Of a stretch of 64,000 nt of DNA, positions 41,632 through 53,659 are shown piece by piece. The position numbers and the translations under genes were made by a program. The stretch is taken from the NCBI RefSeq assembly GCF_009914755.1, contig NC_060937.1. One strand, written 5' to 3'. The notes beneath the pieces were generated by a model. It was not told the DNA's origin. It searched no databases and saw only the letters and a program-made list of their open reading frames with translations. Each line of letters opens with the position of its first letter. Within the stretch, counting starts at the first letter, position 1. This stretch comes from the human T2T-CHM13v2.0 reference genome, Homo sapiens.

Positions 41632-42061
41632 CACATACAAATATCTACTGATCTCCGACGAAAGGGAAAAGGCAAATCATTGCAGAAAAGATAATATTTT
41701 CAACAAATGGTGCTGCAACAAATGTACAGCCACACACATTACAATGAATGTAGACATATATTACACTTGTCAAAAAACAATCTTTTAAAGTGGATCTTAG
41801 ACAGAAATATGTAATGCAAAACTGTGATCTCCAAGAAGAGAACATAGGAGAAAATCCAAGTGACCTTGCATTTAGTCACATCACCAAATGCACTCTCCAT
41901 GAAATATGTAAGTTGGACTTAAGTGAAGTTGAAAATATCTCTGCAACAGACAGAATGAAGGGACAAGCTGCACATTAGGAAAAAATATTTAAAGGCCCAT
42001 ATCCAACAAATAATTTTTATGCCAAATATACATAGAACTCTTAAAATTCAACAATAATGAA

Positions 42062-42424
42062 CCATTCGTGAATCTGGTAGCCCCTGGAATCACAGCAGAT
42101 TCAGAGGCTCCAGCCCAGCCACGTGGTGGAAAAAAATTTATAGCCAAAAAAAAAGGGGAAATAATGTACAGAAATCAGAAGTAACATACAGAGCAGTTGG
42201 ATTGGTTATAGGTTGGTGTTTGCCTTATTTGAACACAGTTTGAACGCTCAGCATTTGAAGTATGGCTGCTGGGATGGGCCAAGACTCAGCTATTGTTATA
42301 GGCACAAACTCCTAAGTTGGATTTCCAAACTTGTCTACCTATTAAGTTAGGTGGCAGTTCATCCACAAGTACTCAAATATATAACTAGGGAGTCCTTCTC
42401 AGGCCATATTACTTTGTTTTAACA
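42062..42424 (-). mobile_element. MER57-like ERV1 LTR
   Basis: cagttcatccacaagtactcaaatat...ggagtccttctcaggccatatt..tttaaca and ttggattggttatagg. Confidence 0.85.
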
Positions 42425-42863
42425 CCCATCTATCTGATGACTGAAACTGGCCCTCAGTTGTATCTTAATTCTGTAAGCAATAGTCAACTGATCAATTACA
42501 AAGGAGATTTCTTGAAAAGAAGTGAGGCTGGATTTTATCCCTCCCCTACCCACAAAGGTATGGGTACATAAGCCCAGTGGTTGACAAATTTTTCAAAGTC
42601 TTAGGATAAGTTATTGTTGTCCCCTTCCCTCCACCTCCCCCGCCAAGATTTAGCCACTACCCTTAAGATCACCGCTTCTTACTATGTAGTCTCTGAAACA
42701 ACCACATGTAGATTTTTCCAATAAACAAAATAAGGAGCTCCCTCTTAAACGTTCTACTAATTTATAACAAAATCAAACAAACATCCTTCTCAGGAAGAAA
42801 AGACATTAATAGATTTACCAAAGGTTTAAAATAAATGCAAAATTCTAAAACCTGAAAAAGTAG

Positions 42864-43383
<520 letters not shown>

Positions 43384-43499
43384 TAGATACTGCTCTTCTG
43401 GGCCTGATACAGATTTGTTTGTTCTTTATATGTGAAAAACTTAGTGCATTTATTACTATAACATCATTTAAGCATTTATGTTTCAGATCCAATTACTAA

Positions 43500-43650
43500 A
43501 TACAGATTAGTTTGTGTACTCTTCACAAAAAACTCCATCAAGTGGGTACTAATATTACCTCCACGTGACAAGTGAGGAAAGTTAGGCACAGAGTGGGTTA
43601 AATAGTTTAACCACTATTTTAAGGCAGGAAGTTAATCTAGGGTGAATTTT
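43500..43650 (-). mobile_element. MIR
   Basis: gtgggtactaatattacctccacgtgacaagtgaggaaagttaggcacagagtgggttaaatagttt. Confidence 0.7.
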
Positions 43651-44560
43651 TGCTTGGAATCCAAGTCGTCTGCGCTGGCCCTTTTCCCCCTGCCATTGGG
43701 CAGGGTGTGGACCAGCGCAGCATTGCCAGACAAGAGACAGTGAATTACTTTCCATCCGGCTACTCGCTGGCATTGTTAAGGGTCTCAGGAGTGCATGGGC
43801 TGGCACCTGCCCCTAACCCTACTGGCCACGTGCTCACGCGGACCAAGGAGGCATGAGGCCTGGGCATGGGTCATATCCTGGGCGAGCGGGGCAGGGACTG
43901 GGGAGAGCTCCTCCGTGGACAGCGGTGCTGACTCCCTAGGGTGGTAATATGGGGAGAAAGCATCCTGGAGGAACTTCTCGGTTGCCAAGGCTCAGCACAG
44001 AGTCTCCCCAGGTAGGTGAAGGCGACCCCCTCCAGGGCTGGAGCAGTTGGGTAACGTGGACCATGGTCCTTGCCCGGGACTGGTGGACGGTGGTGGTGGA
44101 GGTTCCTGGCTTAGGGCAGCCAGTCCCTCAGCAGCCAGCCTGTTCCACCGCTCCACATGGCCTTCCTTGGGGACCCTCCGGGGTGTGGGCGAATTGAGCT
44201 CCCCTCCTTCCCACAGACTGCCGCTGGCAACCCCGCGGTTGGTTCGCCCTCTCAGGTCAGTTTCCCCTGAGTTAGGCAGACTCTAATTCTTATGCCCCTT
44301 GGGCTCCCAGCGCGCTCGGGGTTAGGCGACCCCCCAGTGTGCCTCCAGTGCACTTAGGCGCTGCAAGTCATCATTAGTGACAAATGTGGTGATATGGAGA
44401 GTTTGTGCACTTAGGTACTACAAGTCATTACTGGTGACAAGTGAGGTGACATGGGGGTTTGGTGACAGGTGGAAATTGTGACCCTCTTTGCCATGTCTTA
44501 GCCACCAACCTTGGTTTCCCAGTCCGAACGGGATTCCAGTGGGGCGCCTCGCTTGTCCCC
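43650..44560 (+). promoter_or_regulatory. GC/CpG-enriched non-repetitive segment: candidate promoter and first exon
   Basis: The only GC-rich, CpG-retaining non-repeat stretch in the window. CACGTG 43827-43832, CACGCG 43835-43840, reverse CCAAT near 43695, X-box half-site GTTGCC at 43981, strong donor CAG|gtaggt at 44011/44012. Confidence 0.6.
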
Positions 44561-44956
44561 TTTATTCTCCAGTGGGGTGGGGTTCAGGAGTCCCCACATG
44601 TCTCCTCCAAACTTCCTGAGAGAGATGAGATGTTTCTGTTGTATAAATTCTAACGGCAGAAGCGTGGCATAAAAGATATTTGTCACGTTTTCTGTGGATA
44701 AGCAGTATTTAAGTAAAACAAGTTTTTGACTTTTTTTGTTGTTGTTATTGTTACATGACATTGGTAGAGAACTTGGTAGTTTCTGCCACCAGCTTAATGT
44801 TATTTTTGCTGAGGATCTCGGTTTCTGCCGATGTCCAAACAAGTGAATGGAATTGGATGATCAGTTCTAACATTCTAATTCTAGCCTGTCTATAAGACAG
44901 TAAATAGGGGTTATTTAGATGACTACGATATCCTGTTGACTAATTTTCTCTTTTAG

Positions 44957-45077
44957 ATAAGTTACAACTTTTCACCTTTCTGGAGCCACATTTGGAGTGA
45001 TCTAGAAATTGATTCCTCACCTGACAAAAGGCTTTCTTTGTAAAATCCCAACCAGTGAAACTGACCTCTTCCTGAAG
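44957..45077 (+). other. Candidate internal exon (121 nt)
   Basis: Branch-like tgactaat plus tttctcttttag| acceptor, and AAG|gtgaac donor; motif evidence only. Confidence 0.45.
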
Positions 45078-45764
45078 GTGAACTGGTTTAGGTCAAATGG
45101 GTGCATCTCATACGCTCCAGTCTTACGTCTGAGCTACTAATTAATGTTCCTTTAATCTTCAAAATGATAATGATAAATGTTGATAGAGAACCGCTTTTCT
45201 AAGAAAGATCTGAATATTGGCCTTACTCTGCTCCCATTCGAAAAATTTAGATAAGCACATGATTTCAAAAGACAGGATTTTGGCTTGTTTTACACTACGG
45301 AATGAGGGGAAATTCTTCGACATTTATCATTTAAAACATTTTCCAGTGCTATTTGGAGACAGTCTTGATAAATCTTAGGTTCACTTCCTGAGTAAAATAA
45401 ATTGTCAGATTTTAGGTGACAAAAAACATGGTACCTGTCTTCTAAAACAGCAGGAATACTTGTTGGCTTTGGGCACTTTTAAACAAGTTCCTAGTGCTGT
45501 AAAGGTGTATTTGGAAACTAGATGACACTCAGAGGAAAGAGCTATATTGGTTAGTGGATCTTATCCCAAGGAAAACACCACTCCCCTCTCTACCTCATGT
45601 GCAGTGGGCAGGGATGGGTCCATTGGGCTTTCTTGCTTGTTTGGCTTGCTGCAGTTGGATTCCCTATCTGCTGGCATTTTGTTAATTGCTCTTCCACTAT
45701 TTAGTTGCCTTGTCACAGTTCTGGTGAGCACAGTGATGGGAGCCTATGAGTCTTGGTTCCTTAC

Positions 45765-46660
45765 TATGTGTGTTACCCAGGGTTTCCATACAAATTACTA
45801 TAAACTAGGTTGCTTAAAACAACAGAAATATATTACCTCCCAGTGTTGGCAACTAGTAGTCCAGAATTAAGGTGTCAGCAGGTCTCTCTTTCTCTAAAGG
45901 CTCTATGGGAGAATCCTTCCTTGCCTCTTCTTAGCTTCTGCTTGTTGTTGTCCTTGCTAATCCTTGGTGCTCCTTCACTTGTAGATGGATCACTCCAATC
46001 CCTGCCTTCATTGTCATATGACTGTCTTCTGTGCATGTGCTGTTGTCTTATAGTGATCCAGGTATTAAAGAGAAAATTATTCATAACACTTCTTGAAGAC
46101 AGTAATGCTAACCTTACAGAAGGGCGGGGGGCATAGCAATAGCTATAGGGACCACTACGATGAGGTCTTATAGCTGGGGAAGAAAGACTGAACTCAACTT
46201 TGACTCCAGGAAGAAGTGGGGATTTATAACCAAGGGGCAGAGTGAGGGTCAGTAGATGGAAAATCATTAAAAGGGAAAGTCAAGGATAAAAGGTTTCTGG
46301 CTAAATAGACTTGATATTACTGAAGACAGGTCAGAGTGATAAGATAGCAAGGGTGATCAGGTACCCAGATCAGGAACGTCTTTGCTTTTGTAAACTGTTT
46401 CATCAGTATTCTTGCATAAATTTTATTCTACAAGGACAGAGAGGGAAACCCAAGGTTGAGTCTAGTCAAGCAGGAGACTCAGAGAAACCTAATGTTTGTT
46501 CAAAGGTCTGTGTTACCAGTCATTAGATTAGTATCCATAATTACCTAATCTTAACTTGATTCCATCTGCAAACACCCTATTTCCAAATAAAGTCATAATT
46601 CACAGGTATCTGGAGTTAGAATATCAATGTATTTTTGGTAGAAATAATTCAACTCATAAA
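45765..46660 (-). mobile_element. MLT1C-like LTR split by an ERV1 LTR
   Basis: ttgcttaaaacaacagaaatatatt...gagaatccttccttgcctcttc, resuming at about 46514 with accagtcattagattag...ccctatttccaaataaagtcata. Confidence 0.85.
46055..46513 (-). mobile_element. MER31/MER67-group ERV1 LTR nested in MLT1C
   Basis: aagtggggatttataaccaaggggcagagtgagggtcagtagatggaaaatcattaa...cccaaggttgagtctagtcaag; related to the LTR at 10232. Confidence 0.75.
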
Positions 46661-47669
46661 ATTTACCATTGCATTTCTGTGTGCTCTGATCTGGCAAGCA
46701 GCTTTGCACTTTTGTTTCTCTACCAATTTGTAGCTCTTCTATACCTCTTAAAGAGGCTATAAAGACTGGCCACCTGATTTAGGTAAGAAATAAAAAATAA
46801 GCTCTCTATGCCAACCTTCAGCCAGTAACTCAAATACACTGCTTTGTTTGTTTGTTTTTTAATGTACACAAATGCAAGAAGGAAGTGGTATGTTATGCTG
46901 CTACCTCTTTATTTTATAACCTAATTCTTGAACTTACCTGATAGCACTTTTCTGGAGAGCTCAAGGTACTTTCCATATGCTGTTTTATTTATCTATATGA
47001 TTTAAAGCAGGGCCAGCAGCTACTTTTATTTCTCTTTACATATTTAAAATTTGTGCTTGTTAGTATTTAAATATTTACCTTAACATATTTCAAAATGGTT
47101 CTTTTTAGTAGAGATTTGCTTTGCATGTTTTATCTGCCTGCAGCCTTGTTTTCAGGGGCAATCTCAGTTTTTAGCATGAAATCTCTGTAAATCTTCATAT
47201 AGAAAGAAAAATAAATTTTACACTAGAAAAGCCAATATCCATCCAGTAAACATGCTGTTGTCTTGGGATCATAGCATAGAAAGTATTTTCCACTCAGTCA
47301 CAGGACTGCCTTAACACCCAAATGCTTTTTTCATTTATCTATTTTTATGAGGTTTTGGTTACTATCTAATAAGCGTTGTCCATTTCCTTTATCTTGACAA
47401 TTTTGTGAGTAATTTTTTGAAATCTCTTTTGAAAAAAATTAAATTATTTTATATTCTAAATGACTTAGGACTTATATATCTTGATTTTTAATAGAGTTAA
47501 ACTCTCTGGTATGTATCACATCTTGTCTTCTCATCTAGTCTTTATTTGAATGCTGTTGGAGCTAAACATCATCATCCCGATGGCAGGAGTAAGTAAAGAG
47601 AAAATTTGACAGAGGGGACAGGATCACTGAGTTTAGGGAGAAAATGATTACCTTCCTTTTAATATATAT

Positions 47670-47970
47670 ATTTTTTAAATAGGATAGATTTAGACGTACA
47701 AAAAATCATGAAGTTAGTACACAGAGTTCCCACATACTCCATATACAGTTTCCCTTATTATTATTATTTTACATTAGTACAGTATATTTATCACAATGAG
47801 TGCAACAATCAATATTCATACATGATTGTTAACCAGATCTCATACTTTATTCAAATTTTCTTTGTTTTTACCTAATGTTCTTCATCTGTTACAGGATATC
47901 ACCCAGGATACTACATTACACTGAGTTGTCATATGTCCTTAGGCTGCTCTATACTGTGACAGTTTCCTCT
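47670..47970 (-). mobile_element. L1MC-type 3' UTR fragment
   Basis: agtacacagagttcccacatactcc...tttacctaatgttc...caggatactacattaca..agttgtcatatgtccttaggct. Confidence 0.75.
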
Positions 47971-48265
47971 TTCACATTTAGTTATATATCTCTTTATTCC
48001 CTGGCACTGTCCTAGACACTTTACATATATTATCTCATGATTCTCAGAGTAAATAAGAGAAGTGGAATTAGCTTTGTTTGCTACTAGAAAATTAAGCAAT
48101 TTTTTCCAACATTACATTATTATTGAATGATGAAACCAAGAATGAAACTCAGGCTTCTGGGTTTCTAAAATCCATGCTCTTGTCCTACTCTTTGTATCTG
48201 TGGCACCTAGCACTGTACCTGCTGCATTTGCATGAGTTTTTATGTCTGAACTATATTTCACTCAA

Positions 48266-48470
48266 CCGATTTCTTAACCCTGAGACTATTAATATCACCT
48301 TTGTTGTAGGGGCTGTTCTGTGATTGTAGGATGTTTAATAGCATCCCTGGCCCCTACTCACTAGATGCTGGGAGTACTCTCATCTTTCCGCCCATTCTCC
48401 ACCAGTTTCCCAGTTATAATAACCAAAATTGTCTCCAGACTTTGTCAAATGTGCTATAGTGGGTGAATAG
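48266..48470 (+). mobile_element. MER20 hAT MITE
   Basis: ctttgttgtaggggctgttctgtgattgtaggatgtttaatagcatccctggcccctactcactagatgc...aaccaaaattgtctccagac. Confidence 0.88.
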
Positions 48471-49853
48471 TTCTTTAAAAATGTTTTTAGTAGATTGCAA
48501 TAATCTATAACTAACATGTATTGGATAATCTTTTGTACCAAGTTGAAATAATCTATAAGGCAACTAATTAAATTGAATTTTTAAAAACTATGGAAACATT
48601 TGAAAGAAATGCATTAGATTATTGTTTCTTAAATCCCTAGCCCACTGCTTCTTACTTCTTAAACTTTTGGAAAGTTTTTGAGGAAAGATATGGACCATTT
48701 GAATTTTATTTTTTCAGCCTAGTCTAAAGACCTAGAATGAAAAGAAAATGATCAAATATTCATTTAGATATATTGTGTTTTAGTAATTCTGGGTTTGTTT
48801 ACCTTACATTGGGGACCAATTTTGTAATGTGTATATTGATCTACTTTGAATGATTTGAATATATTCTCACTATTAGAAGTGATTATAGAAAAATATGTTT
48901 TTACCCATAAGTAGTTTTCACAGCAGGGCCATAATTGATGCTCACTGTATGGATGATGGCTGATAATGATTATCCCCTTGTAACTTTTGAATAAATGTAA
49001 TTTACTTGATGTATCTGCTTTATGACTTGATTTTTAGGGAATTATTATAATAGGTTGATTATTTGCTGTGCATCCTTAGAGACAGAGATGATTTTAATAG
49101 TATTGCAAATGTTAGTGTTTGATACTGTTTTATTATAGAAGTTTAACTCGTTACAAATTTTTTTGATTGAGTTCAGATGTGTAGGAACGTCTTTGCTTTT
49201 GAAAAAAATAGCTATTGTTTTCAAGTAAAAAAAAAAAGTCTGCTTAAAAAGTGAATGTTAACTATCCTAGAATTATATAGTGCTTAAGAGCATGTGTATG
49301 AGCTACAGATCTTGCTGTAACAATGTCTAAGCTTCTTGTTGGGCCACTTTGCTAAAGCTTTGTATCTGATGGGATCCAATTTGTCTGTACGCTTTATTTC
49401 TTACTTATATGTCTGACCCCTTTTATTGATTGTTCATATCCAAATGGAGAAAACTATAATTTCAGTTTCTGCAATCCTAAAACCATTAACTTATACCCAA
49501 AACTAATCTTAAACATAGTGTTGAACGTTTGTATTTGTTGAAGAAACAATTCTACAATGGTGAAGTCTCCAGTGTTATCACAGCTAAATATAAGACTCTG
49601 ATTCCTTGGACATGATATTCAAAAAATACTTTACCAGGTAGAAATGCACCAGCATTAGGATGTAGATAGTTAGAGATTTTAAAGGGTGAGTTTTCCTGAT
49701 CATATGCAAGTGTGATTTGAAGACAAGCTGAAGTTTACATTCTGATTGCTAGATTTATCTAAAATGTAAAATGAATTCTTTGTTCTCTTGAATCCTGCTA
49801 AGAAATAACACATAACCTTATCGGGCCATGTTTTCTTGTACACATATTCAATT

Positions 49854-50324
49854 TGTTATGGAAACACCAGGGGTTTGGTCTAGGTCCTGCTGTTAGCTGC
49901 CTAGGAAGCCAGTCACTGACACAATGAGTATTGCCAAGAAAGAAGGCTGTAATCAGGTGCTGCAGTTGAGGAGATGGGATATCAGTCTCAAATCCATCTC
50001 CCTGAACAACTAAAATTAGGGGTTTATATAGCAGGGAAGAAATGTAACTATGTGTGGGAAAACAGGAGCTAGAAAGGGGTAAGGAAGCAATCGTGATGAA
50101 TGATGTATCTGCCATCTCAATGTCTGCATGTGGTGATCTGGTGAGTTTCACTCCTTTGATACTGTGAGAGGCCTGAGGGTCATTTCATAAGGAAGGAGCT
50201 CAGATAAAACAAATGTAAGTTTTAAGCTGTAAGACCAGAAGGGTCAATTTCTATGTTTACTAAATAAATAAATAAAAAAAAAATAAACAAAAAATACTGT
50301 CTTGGAACTGTTGAGTTTGTTTCA
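49854..50324 (-). mobile_element. LOR1-like ERV1 solo LTR
   Basis: tgttatggaaacaccaggggtttggtctaggtcctgctg...aagaccagaagggtcaatttctatgttta...gtttca. Confidence 0.75.
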
Positions 50325-51332
50325 ATTTCAACTCTTATTTGGTCTTAGATGCTTACAAGTAAGTAGCCTTCAGCCAACATGTGGGGAATCTGTGTTCATC
50401 TGGTAAAGTCAGTATTGAAACCAAAACCAAAACAAAAAACAAACAAAAACAGGTTACCTGAGTAGGTTTTGGCAGCCTGTGTATTTGTCACATCGAAGGC
50501 TCATTATTTACTAAAGTATCTGTATGAACATGATCTAGTTTGCACTTGTGAGTGGTGTTGGTAGAGGGGACATATACGAAGATTTAATTGTTGGTAATTA
50601 TAGTGAGAACAGAGGGGACTTGAAATTGCTGAACTGTCTCATGCCTGGAGGACTCTGGAAACATTGTGTGGCATGCAGGTATGTACTGTTCTGTACTATT
50701 ATGTTCTTAAATTATTTGTAGTGTTATTCAGTCTGAAAAACTTCCTAATTTCCAAATATATGCAGCAGTTTAATATGGGAAAATTTATTCTGTACCTTTA
50801 AATTAGCTTTTTCCATGTCATTAAGACTTTATATTTGTTCTCATTTTTACCCCTTTCAGTTGTCTTAGTGATCTCAAATTAATAAGTGTCTCAGCCTTGT
50901 CTAAGGATTTCTATGATAACCTACTTGTAGCTTAGGTATTAACATTAAAGATGAGCTCTATAAATAATATCACTGGCCTGTTTCTATGAGTTTGAATCTT
51001 GCCTGTGTTTTTTTTTTTTTTTTTTTCCCCTGTCTTACTTCTTCTACTTGTGTACTATAGCAGGTATTTTAATATCAGTTTTTGGTATCCAACCTTATTT
51101 TAGGATGGTAACCATCCTAAAATAAATATTAAATATTTTTAAATAGCTTGGTTGAGAGTTCATACATCTCAGATTCATTTAATTTCTTCTAATATCTTCG
51201 ACTCTGTTAAAGTCATTTTACTTAACCCAAGTCTCCAATGAGAAGTTAACATAAAAACTATATGGTGGCTGACTTCTAATGTTTAAGTATTATAAAAAGT
51301 TACTACGTATTTTCTAGGTAGGTGACAGAAGT

Positions 51333-51727
51333 GTTTTGGACTGAACGTTTTTGTCTCTGCACAATTTACGTATTGAAGACTGAACTCACAGTCTGGCTAT
51401 ATTTGGAGATGAGGCCATTAAAGAAGTAATTAAGTTAAACGGGATCATAAATGTGGAGCCCTGATCTGATAAGAATAGTGTCCTTATAAGAAGAGATATC
51501 AGATCATCCCCCCACTCTCAGTGGGTGAGCCAAAGAAAGGTGCTCTGTGGGAACATAGTGAGAAGGCAAATCTACAAGCCAGTAAGAGAACCCTCACCAG
51601 AAACCAAATTGGCTAAAATCTTAATCTTGGACTTCCCAGCCTCCAGAACTTTAAGAAAATAAAATTCTGTTGTTTTAGCCACTCATTATATGGTATTTTG
51701 TTATTGCATCCCAAGGAAGACCAATAC
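51333..51727 (+). mobile_element. MLT1A-like MaLR LTR
   Basis: tttggagatgaggcc...gtgtccttataagaagaga...atcttggacttcccagcctccagaact; followed by a MIR remnant to about 51870. Confidence 0.85.
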
Positions 51728-51947
51728 TTGAGGGCAAGTTTGTTTATCTCACTGAGCCTTAAGTTTCTCCAAATAAGACTGTTAATAACTGTTTCACAGA
51801 AAAGTTCATTACATTAAATGAGAAAAGACCAAGTCTATCACATTGTATTACTCAAATGTTAGCTATTATTAAGAAAATAATAAATAATAAAATGAAGACT
51901 TGAGCATGCACTGAATGCATTTAAATCTCACTTATAACCTCCGGTAT

Positions 51948-52768
51948 TGATATGGGAGTGCTGGGAGGGGAAGAGCGTTGTCCCTTTAAAAGATACAGAA
52001 GGGAGGAAGGGAAGTGCTGGGGAGAGGAGGGTGTGGTCCCTGGCTAGGGCTCTACCCCACAGATCTAGGTGAGAAGAGGCATTTTTGTTTTCCTACCCAA
52101 ATGTTGCATTTCCCAAGACCACCTTGGCCTGCCATGCCGCCATTCTGTGCCTATAAAAACCCGAGACCCTAACAAGGCAGAGATAGAAACAGCTAGACAT
52201 TGAGAGAAACACATCGGCAGGGGAACCCACAAGTGGCTAGACATTGAGAGGAATGCATTGACAGGTACCTGGATGCTGGCAGGCCATTGACTGGCAGAAT
52301 GACCCGGAGTTTGGGTGGGGCAGTTGGAGGAGCGCTTGGCCGCTGAGCGGCCGGACTTCAGGGGAAAACCATCTCCCTCTGGCTCCCCCATCTGGATGAG
52401 AGCTACTTTTACTCAATAAAACCTACTCATTCTTCAAGCCACGTGTGATTTGATTATTCCAGTACACCAAGGCAAGAACTCAGGATACAGAAAGCCTTCT
52501 GTCCTCATGACAAGGTAGAGGGTCTAAGTGAGCTGCTTAACACAAGCCACCTACGGATGGCTAAACTAAAAGAGCAGCCTCTAACACATGCCCACTGGGG
52601 CTTCAGGAGCTGTAAACATTCACCCTTAGACACTGCCGTGGGGTCGCAGCCTCACAGCCTGCCTGTCTGTATGCTCCCCTTGAGGTTTGAGCAGCTGGGC
52701 ACTGAAGAAGCCAGCCACGCCCACATCGCACACCCTGTGAGGGGAACAAGGGAACTTTTATCGTTTCA
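51948..52768 (+). mobile_element. LTR1 (HUERS-P2-type) solo LTR
   Basis: TG..CA ends, perfect TSD GTAT (51944-51947 / 52769-52772), TATAAAAA at 52152, AATAAA at 52415. Confidence 0.9.
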
Positions 52769-53659
52769 GTATTTTAAAAAATTAAGTTAGTTGCTAACTA
52801 ACAGTTATTGTGGCTGAAGGTAGTACTATCCTGTTCCTGGGTTTTGGACACCAGGGATGACCTGGATTAGTTTTGAGATCTTATCAAACGCCACCCCTGG
52901 CTCTTTTCAGGAGAAACTAAATGCCGTATGAGTTGTAAACTTACTTTCAACTCGGTTTCTAGTTAAGTTCGCCATAATTCAGTTCTTAAAACTGATGCAG
53001 GGCATGAAAGCCCGAAGTGGGGCTTAGCTCACAAGATTTCTTGGCTTTGCCCAGGAAAGGATTCAAGGGCAAGCCAGAGGCAGAAAAAAACAGCCTTATT
53101 GAAGAGGCAGTGTTACAGCTCCAGTGGTGTTACAGGTCTGTGACTGCTCCTGCAGAGCAGGGCTACCCTGTAGGCAGAGATGCATAGCAGCTCAGGAGAG
53201 TTTTGCAGTCATATGTAATCTGCATGTAATTAAAAGTGGATATAAAGGGTGGTTAGGTAAAGGGTAGTAACTTTTGAGTCATTGGCTCATTGCCATGGAA
53301 AGGGGTGGTAACTCCCAGGGGTTGCCCTGGCAATGATAAATTGACATAGCACACTGGTGGCAGTGTCTGATTGACACTCATATTTCTGCCAATTCATCCT
53401 CAGTCTGGCCTGGTGTCCAAGCCCCACCTCTGGAGTCTAGTTCTGCCACCTACCTCATTCTCCCTCAGAGATTAGATTCTCCTTAATCTTAAGGGGCTGC
53501 AGAAAGGTGGAGGTCCATGGGCATACGTCCTGCCCAGCACCGGAGGAGTAAAAATCTCTGGATACCTGATCTAAGGGGCCCAGAGGCAGGATGGTTTTAA
53601 TTCTTCAGGTCAGTAGATGTGATGGTTTGGAAGCTTCTTGCAAGCATTGTTTTTACCTG

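Noticed and set aside
50349-50358. 10-nt micro-exon candidate tcttag|ATGCTTACAA|gtaagt
   Set aside because: Good donor but weak pyrimidine tract and not frame-preserving; unsupported without RNA data.
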